This document shows, in pieces, positions 8,683 through 20,488 of a stretch of DNA of 24,000 bases (position 1 is its first letter; every line of letters begins with the position of its first letter). Position numbers and translations under genes: made by a program. The stretch covers positions 4,161 to 28,160 of the forward strand of contig JBOFDK010000038.1 in the NCBI GenBank assembly GCA_051646925.1, written 5' to 3'. Under the pieces are notes generated by a model that was not told the origin of the DNA, made no database searches, and saw nothing but the letters and a program-made list of their open reading frames with translations. The stretch is from Cellulosilyticaceae bacterium (GTDB taxonomy: Bacteria; Bacillota; Clostridia; Lachnospirales; Cellulosilyticaceae).

Positions 8683-9837
8683 ATGATGAAAAAAATACGA
8701 GTGATGAGTGTTTTTGGCACACGTCCAGAAGCAATTAAAATGGCGCCGCTTGTAAAGGTGCTTGAAAAAGATGAAGCTATTACAAGTATTGTATGTGTAA
8801 CAGCGCAACATAGAGAAATGCTAGACCAAGTGTTGACAATTTTTGATATTAAACCAGATTATGATTTAGATATTATGAAAGAGCGTCAAACGTTAGAAGG
8901 CATTACTGTTAGAGTATTAGAAGGAATGGGCAAAGTTTTAGAAGATGCAAAACCTGATATAGTTTTAGTGCATGGAGATACATCGACAACATTTGCGACA
9001 GCGCTTGCAGCTTTTTATAAGCAAATTCCTGTAGGACATGTAGAGGCAGGTTTACGTACACATAATATGTATGAGCCATTTCCAGAAGAAATGAACCGTA
9101 AATTAGCAGGAGCACTTAGTACATTACATTTTTCACCAACGTTACTTGCAAAACAAAATCTTCTAAAAGAAGCGATTGATGAAAATAGTATTTTCATTAC
9201 TGGGAATACTGTTATAGATGTGTTAAAAACAACAGTTAAAGATAACTATAAATTTACAGTGGAAACACTAAATAATATTGATTATGAAAATAAAAAAGTT
9301 ATAACTATGACAGCGCATCGTAGAGAAAATTTGGGTAAACCACTTGAAAATATTTGTGAAGCAGTAAAACGAATTGCAAAAAAACATGAAAATGTTGAAA
9401 TTATTTATGCTGTGCATAAAAATCCTGAAATTCGTGAAGTGGTTTCTAACATACTTGGAAAGCAATCAAATATACATTTGATAGAGCCATTAGATTTAAA
9501 TGATATGCATAATTTGATGAAACGTTCATATCTTGTATTAACAGACTCAGGTGGATTACAAGAAGAAGTGCCATCACTTGGAAAGCCTGTTCTAGTACTT
9601 AGAAATGTAACAGAAAGACCTGAAGGTGTAGATGCAGGTACGCTAAAACTTGCGGGTATTGAAGAAAATACTATTTACAATTTAACAGATGAACTACTAA
9701 CTAATCAGAAAGTGTATGATGAAATGGCAGGAGCTAAAAATCCTTTTGGAGACGGTGAAGCGTCGCTTAGGATTGTTCAGGCTATTAAACATTATTTCCT
9801 GGAAAATGTAGATAGACCTATAGATTATAAAGCCTAA
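8683..9837 (+). CDS. wecB: UDP-N-acetylglucosamine 2-epimerase (non-hydrolysing)
   Basis: 384 aa. The N-terminus VMSVFGTRPEAIKMAPL, HVEAGLRT and LVLTDSGGLQEE are typical of the WecB/MnaA family. RBS AAGGAG. Confidence 0.92.
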   Translation: MMKKIRVMSVFGTRPEAIKMAPLVKVLEKDEAITSIVCVTAQHREMLDQVLTIFDIKPDYDLDIMKERQTLEGITVRVLEGMGKVLEDAKPDIVLVHGDTSTTFATALAAFYKQIPVGHVEAGLRTHNMYEPFPEEMNRKLAGALSTLHFSPTLLAKQNLLKEAIDENSIFITGNTVIDVLKTTVKDNYKFTVETLNNIDYENKKVITMTAHRRENLGKPLENICEAVKRIAKKHENVEIIYAVHKNPEIREVVSNILGKQSNIHLIEPLDLNDMHNLMKRSYLVLTDSGGLQEEVPSLGKPVLVLRNVTERPEGVDAGTLKLAGIEENTIYNLTDELLTNQKVYDEMAGAKNPFGDGEASLRIVQAIKHYFLENVDRPIDYKA

Positions 9838-9850
9838 TTTGGAGAAAAAT

Positions 9851-10096
9851 ATGAATAAGAAAAGCTGGGTTTCGGCGTTAGCACTATTAAATCAAGTTGG
9901 AATCGTCATGGCAGTTCCAATTTTCATGTGTTTATTTATAGGTATTTTTTTAGACCGTCTGACGGGTATGGAGCCGCTATGGCTAATAATTTTTATTTTA
10001 TTAGGTGTAGGTGCTGCTTTTCGAAATTTATATCATATTATGGATAAGGAAGTTAAAAAAAGTGAAAAAAATGATAACCGTCATGATAGGTTTTAG
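9851..10096 (+). CDS. AtpZ/AtpI-family small membrane protein (ATP synthase gene 1 type)
   Basis: Two hydrophobic helices. It sits immediately 5' of atpI/atpB. I prefer ATG 9851 (GGAGA at 9841-9845, 5-nt spacer) over the track's TTG at 9839. Confidence 0.7.
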   Translation: MNKKSWVSALALLNQVGIVMAVPIFMCLFIGIFLDRLTGMEPLWLIIFILLGVGAAFRNLYHIMDKEVKKSEKNDNRHDRF

Positions 10097-10406
10097 TATA
10101 ATTGCTTATGGGGTAGGATGTTTTTTAACAGAAAACGTTATGGCATGGACTTTAGGTGTAGTGCTTGGCCTTATTATATCAATTTTAAAACTAAAACTTA
10201 TGGAGCAAACTTTTACAAAGGCAGTAACACTAGAAGAGAACAAAGCAAAAGGATATACGCAGCGTCAGTATATGATTAGATATGGGCTAACAGGCTTAGT
10301 GCTGTTAATTGCAGCATTGTCAGAAACGATTAGTTTAGTTGGCGTATTTGTAGGTCTTATATCTATGAAAGTAGGCGCGTATTCTGAGTTGTATCGTTCT
10401 AATTAA
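10062..10406 (+). CDS. atpI: ATP synthase subunit I
   Basis: A small 4-helix hydrophobic protein directly before atpB. The likely start is GTG 10062 or ATG 10071 (after AAGGAAG), not 10011, which would run inside the upstream gene. It overlaps the upstream gene by ~35 nt. Confidence 0.7.
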   Translation: MKKMITVMIGFSIIAYGVGCFLTENVMAWTLGVVLGLIISILKLKLMEQTFTKAVTLEENKAKGYTQRQYMIRYGLTGLVLLIAALSETISLVGVFVGLISMKVGAYSELYRSN

Positions 10407-10468
10407 TTTGGCAATAAGGGGAAATCCCTTTTAGCATATATAAATTTTATAGAAAGGAGAGTGAGTAG

Positions 10469-11167
10469 GTGGAACAAGAATTAGATTTTGGGATCCATAT
10501 GCTTATACCACTTTTTGAGCACAATGGAGAATGGTATGGTTTTACGACAACGCATGTTGTCACGTGGGTTGTAATTCTAGCATTAACACTTATTGGTCTC
10601 TATGTAAGGCACCGCGTAAAAAACTTCAAAATAGTACCTGATACAAAATTTCAGGTTGCAGTAGAATATTTTGTTGGTATGATGAGTGACTTTACAGCAA
10701 GTACGATGGGTGAGAAAAATCGCCATTTTGCGTATTTCTATGGTCCTATGTTTTTATTCATTTTGTTAAGTAACTTAACAGGATTAATTGGACTAAGACC
10801 ACCTACGGCAGATATTGCAACTACGTTTGCATTATCACTTACTACATTTTTCATGATTCATGGATATGGTGTTCGTGCCAAAGGAGGCAAGTATTTCAAA
10901 GGTTTCTTGGAACCAATACCATTACTGTTACCACTAAATATTATTGGTGAGCTTGCAAATCCAATATCATTAAGTTTCCGTTTATTTGGAAATATTTTAG
11001 GTGGAACAATTATTATGGGCTTGTACTATAATATGATGCCATGGTTTATGAAAATTGGTATACCGTCAGTATTACATTCATACTTCGATATATTTGCAGG
11101 AGCACTACAAACGTTAATTTTTGTAATGCTTAGTATGACATTTGTGTCAAGTGCTATGGAAGAATAG
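10469..11167 (+). CDS. atpB: F0 ATP synthase subunit a
   Basis: 232 aa and polytopic. It has the conserved stator arginine motif LSFRLFGNILGG. GTG start after AAAGGAGAG. Confidence 0.93.
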   Translation: MEQELDFGIHMLIPLFEHNGEWYGFTTTHVVTWVVILALTLIGLYVRHRVKNFKIVPDTKFQVAVEYFVGMMSDFTASTMGEKNRHFAYFYGPMFLFILLSNLTGLIGLRPPTADIATTFALSLTTFFMIHGYGVRAKGGKYFKGFLEPIPLLLPLNIIGELANPISLSFRLFGNILGGTIIMGLYYNMMPWFMKIGIPSVLHSYFDIFAGALQTLIFVMLSMTFVSSAMEE

Positions 11168-11172
11168 TTTAG

Positions 11173-11724
<552 letters not shown>

Positions 11725-11738
11725 GCTATAAGCTATAG

Positions 11739-12065
<327 letters not shown>

Positions 12066-12110
12066 TAAATGTGCTATACGATTGATATATAGGAAGGAGG
12101 GTGTTTACTG

Positions 12111-12632
12111 TTGGATACGTCTAAAATTATTGAATTCTCCCTACCAACGTTATGGGAAATGTTTTGGCAGTTTTTAGCATTGTTTTTAATTATCTGGATT
12201 TTGAAAAAGCTTTTATTCAAACCAGTTATGGATTTCTTAGAAAAAAGACAAGAGCATATTCAAAAAGAACTGTCAAATGCAGCTGTAGCATCAAAAAATG
12301 CTGAGGAACTAAAAAATTCTTACAAAGAAAAACTTGCGCATATTGAAGACGAAGCAGATAGTTTATTAAAAGAAGCTCGTCAAAAGGCGTTAAAGCGTGA
12401 AGAAGAGATTGTAGCAAATGCAAAGAAAGAAGCAGAAGCAATCAAAGAAAAAGCGATGCAAGATATTGCGCTTGAGCAAACACGTGTTAAAAGTGAGATA
12501 AAAGATCAGATGATTGATGTAGCAGGTCTTATGGCAAGTAAGTTTGTTGAATCAACTATAACAGAAGATAAGCAAGAACAATTAATAGATGATATGATTA
12601 AAGAGATGGGGGATGTATCGTGGCTCAATTAG
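12111..12632 (+). CDS. atpF: F0 ATP synthase subunit b
   Basis: One N-terminal TM helix followed by a long charged helix. Position in the operon fits. TTG start after GGAAGGAGGG. Confidence 0.88.
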   Translation: MDTSKIIEFSLPTLWEMFWQFLALFLIIWILKKLLFKPVMDFLEKRQEHIQKELSNAAVASKNAEELKNSYKEKLAHIEDEADSLLKEARQKALKREEEIVANAKKEAEAIKEKAMQDIALEQTRVKSEIKDQMIDVAGLMASKFVESTITEDKQEQLIDDMIKEMGDVSWLN

Positions 12633-13165
12633 TAACCAAACGATATGCTACTGCCCTTTATGAAATTGCCAAAGAAAAAGGGGCAATTGAATCGTTTCAA
12701 CATCAAGCAGAAATGCTAGTTAAATTAATAGGTGAACAAGATGAGTATTTAATGCTGCTTAGTCACCCAGGTGTTTTGGTAGAAGAGAAGATGCGTCTTA
12801 TAGACGAAGCTTTTTCAAAACAAGTAGAAGATGAATTTGTAGGTCTTTTGGCACTTATTGTGAAAAAAGGACGTCAAGATTATATTCTAGATATTTTAAA
12901 TGCTTTTATCGATTTAGCGAAAACCGAGGCAGGGCTTGTTCAAGCAACTGTAACATCGGCAATCGCATTACAAGAAAAACAATTAGCGCAAATTAAAGCT
13001 AATATTGAACAAAATACAGGGAAACAAGTAGAACTTGAAGTAGTTGTAGATAAAACACTTATTGGTGGATTAATTGTTCGTGTTGGTGATAAAGTTGTTG
13101 ATGGAAGTGTTCGTGGTCAAATGAACACATTGAAATCAGAACTTAGTAATTTGCGACTTGCATAA
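12620..13165 (+). CDS. atpH: F1 ATP synthase subunit delta (OSCP)
   Basis: 181 aa. N-terminus VTKRYATALYEIA and C-terminus GGLIVRVGDKVVDGSV. The GTG start overlaps the end of atpF by 13 nt. Confidence 0.9.
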   Translation: MAQLVTKRYATALYEIAKEKGAIESFQHQAEMLVKLIGEQDEYLMLLSHPGVLVEEKMRLIDEAFSKQVEDEFVGLLALIVKKGRQDYILDILNAFIDLAKTEAGLVQATVTSAIALQEKQLAQIKANIEQNTGKQVELEVVVDKTLIGGLIVRVGDKVVDGSVRGQMNTLKSELSNLRLA

Positions 13166-13185
13166 AAAGGGGTGTAACAAGTTAA

Positions 13186-14694
<1,509 letters not shown>

Positions 14695-14723
14695 TGAATA
14701 TGTAAAATAGAAAGGGTGCGGCT

Positions 14724-17007
<2,284 letters not shown>

Positions 17008-17015
17008 GTGATGTG

Positions 17016-17417
17016 ATGGCAGATAAAAAAATCAACCTTCAAATAATCACACCAACCCGTCTTGTTTTGGATGAATTAGTAGATTCAGTTGTACTATGCA
17101 CAAAAGAAGGCGATATGGGTATTTTGTATGACCATGAGCCAGTTGTAACTTTGTTATCATATGGTATTTTAAGATATAAGCAAGATGGGCAACAAAAGAA
17201 AGCGACGATTATGGGTGGTTTTGCTGAAGTTACAGAAGATCGTGTAACAATTCTTGCAGATTCTTCTGAACTAGAAAATGAAATCGATCTTAATCGTGCA
17301 AAACAATGTAAAGTGCGTGCAGAAAGTAGACTGAAAAAATCAGACTATGATGAGGCACGTTTACAAATTGCACTACGTAAGTCACTTATTAGAATTAAAC
17401 TTGCAGAAGGCAATTAA
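17016..17417 (+). CDS. atpC: F1 ATP synthase subunit epsilon
   Basis: About 133 aa, with an N-terminal beta-sandwich-type sequence (LQIITPTRLVLDE..) and a C-terminal helical pair. It is the last gene of the operon. ATG 17016 and GTG 17013 are both possible starts. Confidence 0.92.
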   Translation: MADKKINLQIITPTRLVLDELVDSVVLCTKEGDMGILYDHEPVVTLLSYGILRYKQDGQQKKATIMGGFAEVTEDRVTILADSSELENEIDLNRAKQCKVRAESRLKKSDYDEARLQIALRKSLIRIKLAEGN

Positions 17418-17427
17418 AAAATTATAT

Positions 17428-17472
17428 AAAAAAAAGCTAGTTTTTGCATTATGCAAAAGCTAGCTTTTTTTT
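17428..17472. terminator. Bidirectional rho-independent terminator (atp operon and convergent 17471..17935 gene)
   Basis: An A-run, then stem AGCTAGTTTTTGCAT / ATGCAAAAGCTAGCT (one G-U pair), then a T-run of 8. It sits between the two convergent stop codons. Confidence 0.85.
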
Positions 17473-17935
17473 ATATATTGTAATCAGATTCGTTAAATTC
17501 TAATATAGTTTTAGTATCTGTATCTCTTCCATCAGCGTCAAGCAGAAGGTCACGTTTAAAATGCTCTAGTATTTTATTAAGCAGAGGAAAATACGAAAAA
17601 GAGATAGGGGTAGTCCGGATTCTAAGTGAGAAAACCATTTTGTTAAGTCTAAGAATTTCCTTAATCTCAGATAATGTTTTAGAAACATCTTCTTGTAATA
17701 AACGTATCCTCTTACGTCTCATTAGAGCATCTGCATCCGATAATAAGGTTGATGCAAGTCTTATAGGGGGTTTCTTATAGTTAGAATTATCCAACACAGA
17801 TACTGAATCTCGTAGTGTTCTTAGTCTTTCGATTGTATTTTGTTGTAAATCTTCAGCTAGTAAAAGCTTTGATATAGCTATAGCTTCTCTTACCATGTTA
17901 ATAGATGATGCAGAATAATATTTGATATATACCAT
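17471..17935 (-). CDS. Small all-helical-looking protein of unknown family, paralog A of a three-gene cluster
   Basis: 154 aa. RBS GGAGGCC lies 7 nt before the ATG. The C-terminal motif ILEHFKRDLLLDADGRDTDTKTILEF is shared with the two genes upstream. No TM helix or signal peptide. Confidence 0.7.
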   Translation of the reverse strand: MVYIKYYSASSINMVREAIAISKLLLAEDLQQNTIERLRTLRDSVSVLDNSNYKKPPIRLASTLLSDADALMRRKRIRLLQEDVSKTLSEIKEILRLNKMVFSLRIRTTPISFSYFPLLNKILEHFKRDLLLDADGRDTDTKTILEFNESDYNI

Positions 17936-18030
17936 AATAGGCCTCCATAAAATTTGAGTAGTTATTTAAAATTAAAATATTTATTACTTATAATAAGCTT
18001 TATAAATTTATTTGAATTTTTAAAACACAG

Positions 18031-18071
18031 TATATATATATGCAGGAAAAATAAATGTGAAAGTTGTACTA
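18031..18071 (-). promoter_or_regulatory. Conserved bipartite upstream motif (copy 1), candidate promoter/operator of paralog A
   Basis: On the - strand it reads TAGTACAACTTTCA -14 nt- GCATATATATATA. The same two blocks recur upstream of paralog C at 19093..19133 with 15-nt spacing. It can be read as TTTCA[C/A] -16/17- TATATA. Confidence 0.45.
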
Positions 18072-18105
18072 TGGTTTTAAAAATATTATTTTTAAAGATT
18101 ATTAG

Positions 18106-18594
18106 TTAATCAAACGTTAAAAAAGTTCTCTCAGTTGAATTTCGTCCACGAATGTCAAGGAGAAGCTCTTTTCTTATATGATCTAGTATTTTAATAATCG
18201 TATCAAAATACTCATTAGACTCCTCTGGGTGTTCGTATACGAAGGATAACATAGTTTCAACATTATCTAGTGAGCGAAGGCAGTTAGATACTGAGTAACG
18301 AACTAGTTTTGTAGAACTGCAGAATAAACCACCGTATTTAAAACGATCATGGAGTGTGTCGAAATCTAACAACTGTCTAGGATCTAAAATATTGAGTATA
18401 GAATTTTTTGCGAAGTTAATCGCACGTTCCTTTTCAGGTGTATGATTAAAAAATTTTTGGCAATAATATTTGGAATCTGGAAACAGAGAATGATTTGTAA
18501 AGAAATGGTAATCTAATACGTATAGAATGGCGTTTATATCATCCGTAATTGGATTTGTATTATTTTGTGCATATCTAAAATATCGTTTAGACAT
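18106..18594 (-). CDS. Small protein of unknown family, paralog B
   Basis: 162 aa starting at ATG 18594 (MSKRYFRYAQ..), with AGGAGG 7 nt upstream. The track's start at 18666 would overlap paralog C and lacks an RBS. C-terminal motif is ILDHIRKELLLDIRGRNSTERTFLTFD. Confidence 0.72.
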   Translation of the reverse strand: MSKRYFRYAQNNTNPITDDINAILYVLDYHFFTNHSLFPDSKYYCQKFFNHTPEKERAINFAKNSILNILDPRQLLDFDTLHDRFKYGGLFCSSTKLVRYSVSNCLRSLDNVETMLSFVYEHPEESNEYFDTIIKILDHIRKELLLDIRGRNSTERTFLTFD

Positions 18595-18611
18595 AATAAA
18601 CCTCCTAATTT
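18576..18611 (-). repeat. 36-nt block identical to 19036..19071 (first 6 codons + RBS + proximal leader of paralog B)
   Basis: The + strand string TAAAATATCGTTTAGACATAATAAACCTCCTAATTT is identical at both loci, while the gene bodies are strongly diverged. Confidence 0.9.
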
Positions 18612-18658
18612 GAATAGTATTTGTAAAATTTAATAAAAAAATATTAATGTATTGTGTA

Positions 18659-19054
18659 TTAACCAAACGTTAAATTTGCAAAATTCTTATCGCCCGAATA
18701 TCGTCCTGTTATATCTTTATGAAGCGCCATTCTCATATGCTCCAGTAAGCAAATAATTTTATAAATGGTAAACTCACAATATAAATGGCGAGGTAACGAG
18801 TGTAGTCTAATCTGCATAGCAGCAACTTCTTTTTGTAAATCAAGGCATTTTTCAGCAAGGGGCTCTATTATAGAGCGACTATTAAAACTTTCCATATCTT
18901 CATTATCTAGATGCACGGTTATAGCTTCTAGTATGTCGAATATTCGGTCAAGATTTGGTGCTGGATCTTTGAAGCAGTGTAAATCTATTAAAGATAAAAT
19001 TTTAGTTATAAGAAAATGGTTATCAAAATTGTATTTAAAATATCGTTTAGACAT
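18659..19054 (-). CDS. Small protein of unknown family, paralog C
   Basis: 131 aa, starting MSKRYFKYNF.., with AGGAGG 7 nt upstream of the ATG. C-terminal motif is LLEHMRMALHKDITGRYSGDKNFANLTFG. Confidence 0.72.
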   Translation of the reverse strand: MSKRYFKYNFDNHFLITKILSLIDLHCFKDPAPNLDRIFDILEAITVHLDNEDMESFNSRSIIEPLAEKCLDLQKEVAAMQIRLHSLPRHLYCEFTIYKIICLLEHMRMALHKDITGRYSGDKNFANLTFG

Positions 19055-19071
19055 AATAAACCTCCTAATTT
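19036..19071 (-). repeat. 36-nt block identical to 18576..18611 (start region of paralog C)
   Basis: See 18576..18611. Confidence 0.9.
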
Positions 19072-19092
19072 AATTTGTATTTGTAATGCTTA

Positions 19093-19133
19093 ATATATAT
19101 ATGCTAAGAGGTATTGAATTGAAAGTTGTACTA
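19093..19133 (-). promoter_or_regulatory. Conserved bipartite upstream motif (copy 2), candidate promoter/operator of the paralog C-B unit
   Basis: On the - strand it reads TAGTACAACTTTCA -15 nt- GCATATATATAT, about 40-80 nt upstream of the paralog C ATG. Confidence 0.45.
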
Positions 19134-19167
19134 AAACAATATTAATGTTTTTTTATAGATACTAATA

Positions 19168-19213
19168 AATTTGAAGGTAGAGTATTAACAAGTTAATACT
19201 CTACCTTCAAATT
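19168..19213 (-). terminator. Long perfect hairpin, probable terminator of the DUF3810 gene
   Basis: A 22-bp perfect inverted repeat, AATTTGAAGGTAGAGTATTAAC / GTTAATACTCTACCTTCAAATT, with arms separated by 2 nt. It overlaps the stop codon (19212-19214) and on the - strand is followed by ATTTATT. Confidence 0.6.
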
Positions 19214-20351
19214 AATAATATTTATCATATAGTGCAAGTAAGAGATTCACAACTTCACCATAGTTTGCAGTACCAGATGCAACGCCGTTTGATTTTAGAT
19301 AAGTATCGTTAATTGCAGTAGCAACTTCTTGAATTTCACCCTGGTATTTGTCCCAAAATAAATTAATTGATTCTAGGTCACCAAAAACTTTAGGATTCAT
19401 ATCAGTATTAAGTTCTTTTAGTTTTGTAATATCAATACGCGCAAGTGCATTACTTGTATATGATATTGCTAAAATAAGTCCGGAGTATTGAAAGTCTAAA
19501 TCAGGATTAGACATACAAGCTATAAAAGAAATAAAATTACATTCATTTTCAAAAGCATAACCACGTTGATGTGCCATCTCATGGCAAGTTGTTGAAGGAA
19601 GTGTAAGTAGTGGTACGTTAATATTTATATTAGGTTCTCCTGTAAATGGAGAGTAGATACCTGTAATACCTGTGTATGACAATATTTTTGATGAAAGTAA
19701 TGGCTTTGCTTTTCCGTAAAATCCTTTGAGTGATGGAAACTCTTTGGATATAACTTCAAAGCCTTTTTCAGCGCGGTCAAAAATATCTTTGTAATCACCA
19801 TATGGAGTCATAAGACCATTAGGTGTTTCTGGAAGTTTAGAACGGATACTTGAAGCTTCATCTAAAAGGTGTGAGTATAGTTTGCCTAAATCTTCGGGGC
19901 TATAATTGCCAACTTCTAATCCGTATTGAGTGCTAAAAGGTGGGCGATTGTAGTTTAATCCCCAAAATGTAACGAAAATAAAAATGATAAGACAAGTTAG
20001 ACTAAACATTGTGAGTAAGTAATTAAAAAGTATTATGAATGATTGTTTCCATTTTGGAATAGCGCAAAGTATTTTATAAAATGTAAAAAGGGTAAATATT
20101 ATTAATGTGAATATACATATATATAATAATATTTCTACAACTGAAAAAGGAAAAATATTAAGTGAAATACTAGATAGTTGTATTAGATATTTATTAATAC
20201 CTAGAGAGTAAAATTTTTCCCATGTTTCTGGGTAGAATAAATAAAGTTTATTAAGCAAAATAGCAAGTGGCAAAAGTAGTATAAGTATCATTTTTAGTTT
20301 AATATGCGGAACAATAGATGATTTTTTATTTAAAATATTTAGTGGATGCAT
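19212..20351 (-). CDS. DUF3810-family membrane protein with HExxH zinc-metalloprotease-like motif
   Basis: 379 aa with three N-terminal hydrophobic helices. The soluble domain has GITGIYSPFTGEPNININ and CHEMAHQRGY (HEMAH), matching my recollection of DUF3810 proteins. RBS GTGAGGT. Confidence 0.7.
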   Translation of the reverse strand: MHPLNILNKKSSIVPHIKLKMILILLLPLAILLNKLYLFYPETWEKFYSLGINKYLIQLSSISLNIFPFSVVEILLYICIFTLIIFTLFTFYKILCAIPKWKQSFIILFNYLLTMFSLTCLIIFIFVTFWGLNYNRPPFSTQYGLEVGNYSPEDLGKLYSHLLDEASSIRSKLPETPNGLMTPYGDYKDIFDRAEKGFEVISKEFPSLKGFYGKAKPLLSSKILSYTGITGIYSPFTGEPNININVPLLTLPSTTCHEMAHQRGYAFENECNFISFIACMSNPDLDFQYSGLILAISYTSNALARIDITKLKELNTDMNPKVFGDLESINLFWDKYQGEIQEVATAINDTYLKSNGVASGTANYGEVVNLLLALYDKYY

Positions 20352-20488
20352 TAAAGAAACCTCACTTTATAGTTTTTTAAAATTAAAGAATTAATAGATT
20401 TGTGTCGATAAGAAGTATAGCACTTTGTAATAAAAATAGATAGGTAAGGGCAAATAGAGTGAGCGAGAATTATTATGAAAGGGTTTTG

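Noticed and set aside
8909-9465. - strand ORFs 8909..9115, 9015..9197 and 9268..9465, inside wecB
   Set aside because: They are antisense to a confidently identified epimerase gene and have no independent support.
18595-18666. N-terminal extension of paralog B (MVNTQYINIF...) to 18666
   Set aside because: It would overlap the end of paralog C and has no RBS. ATG 18594 has AGGAGG at ideal spacing and gives the MSKRYF N-terminus shared with paralog C.
18765-19073. + strand ORF of 102 aa, antisense to paralog C
   Set aside because: It has no SD and covers the paralog C coding region and its RBS on the opposite strand. The - strand reading is supported by paralogy with two neighbouring genes.
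18031-19133. Reading the GCATATATAT blocks as sporulation sigma-E/sigma-K type -10 elements (CATA...)
   Set aside because: The -10 only partly fits the CATAnnnTA / CATAcAnT consensus as I recall it. No AC or ATA element lies at the required 16-18 nt spacing in either copy. I kept the blocks only as a generic candidate promoter/operator.
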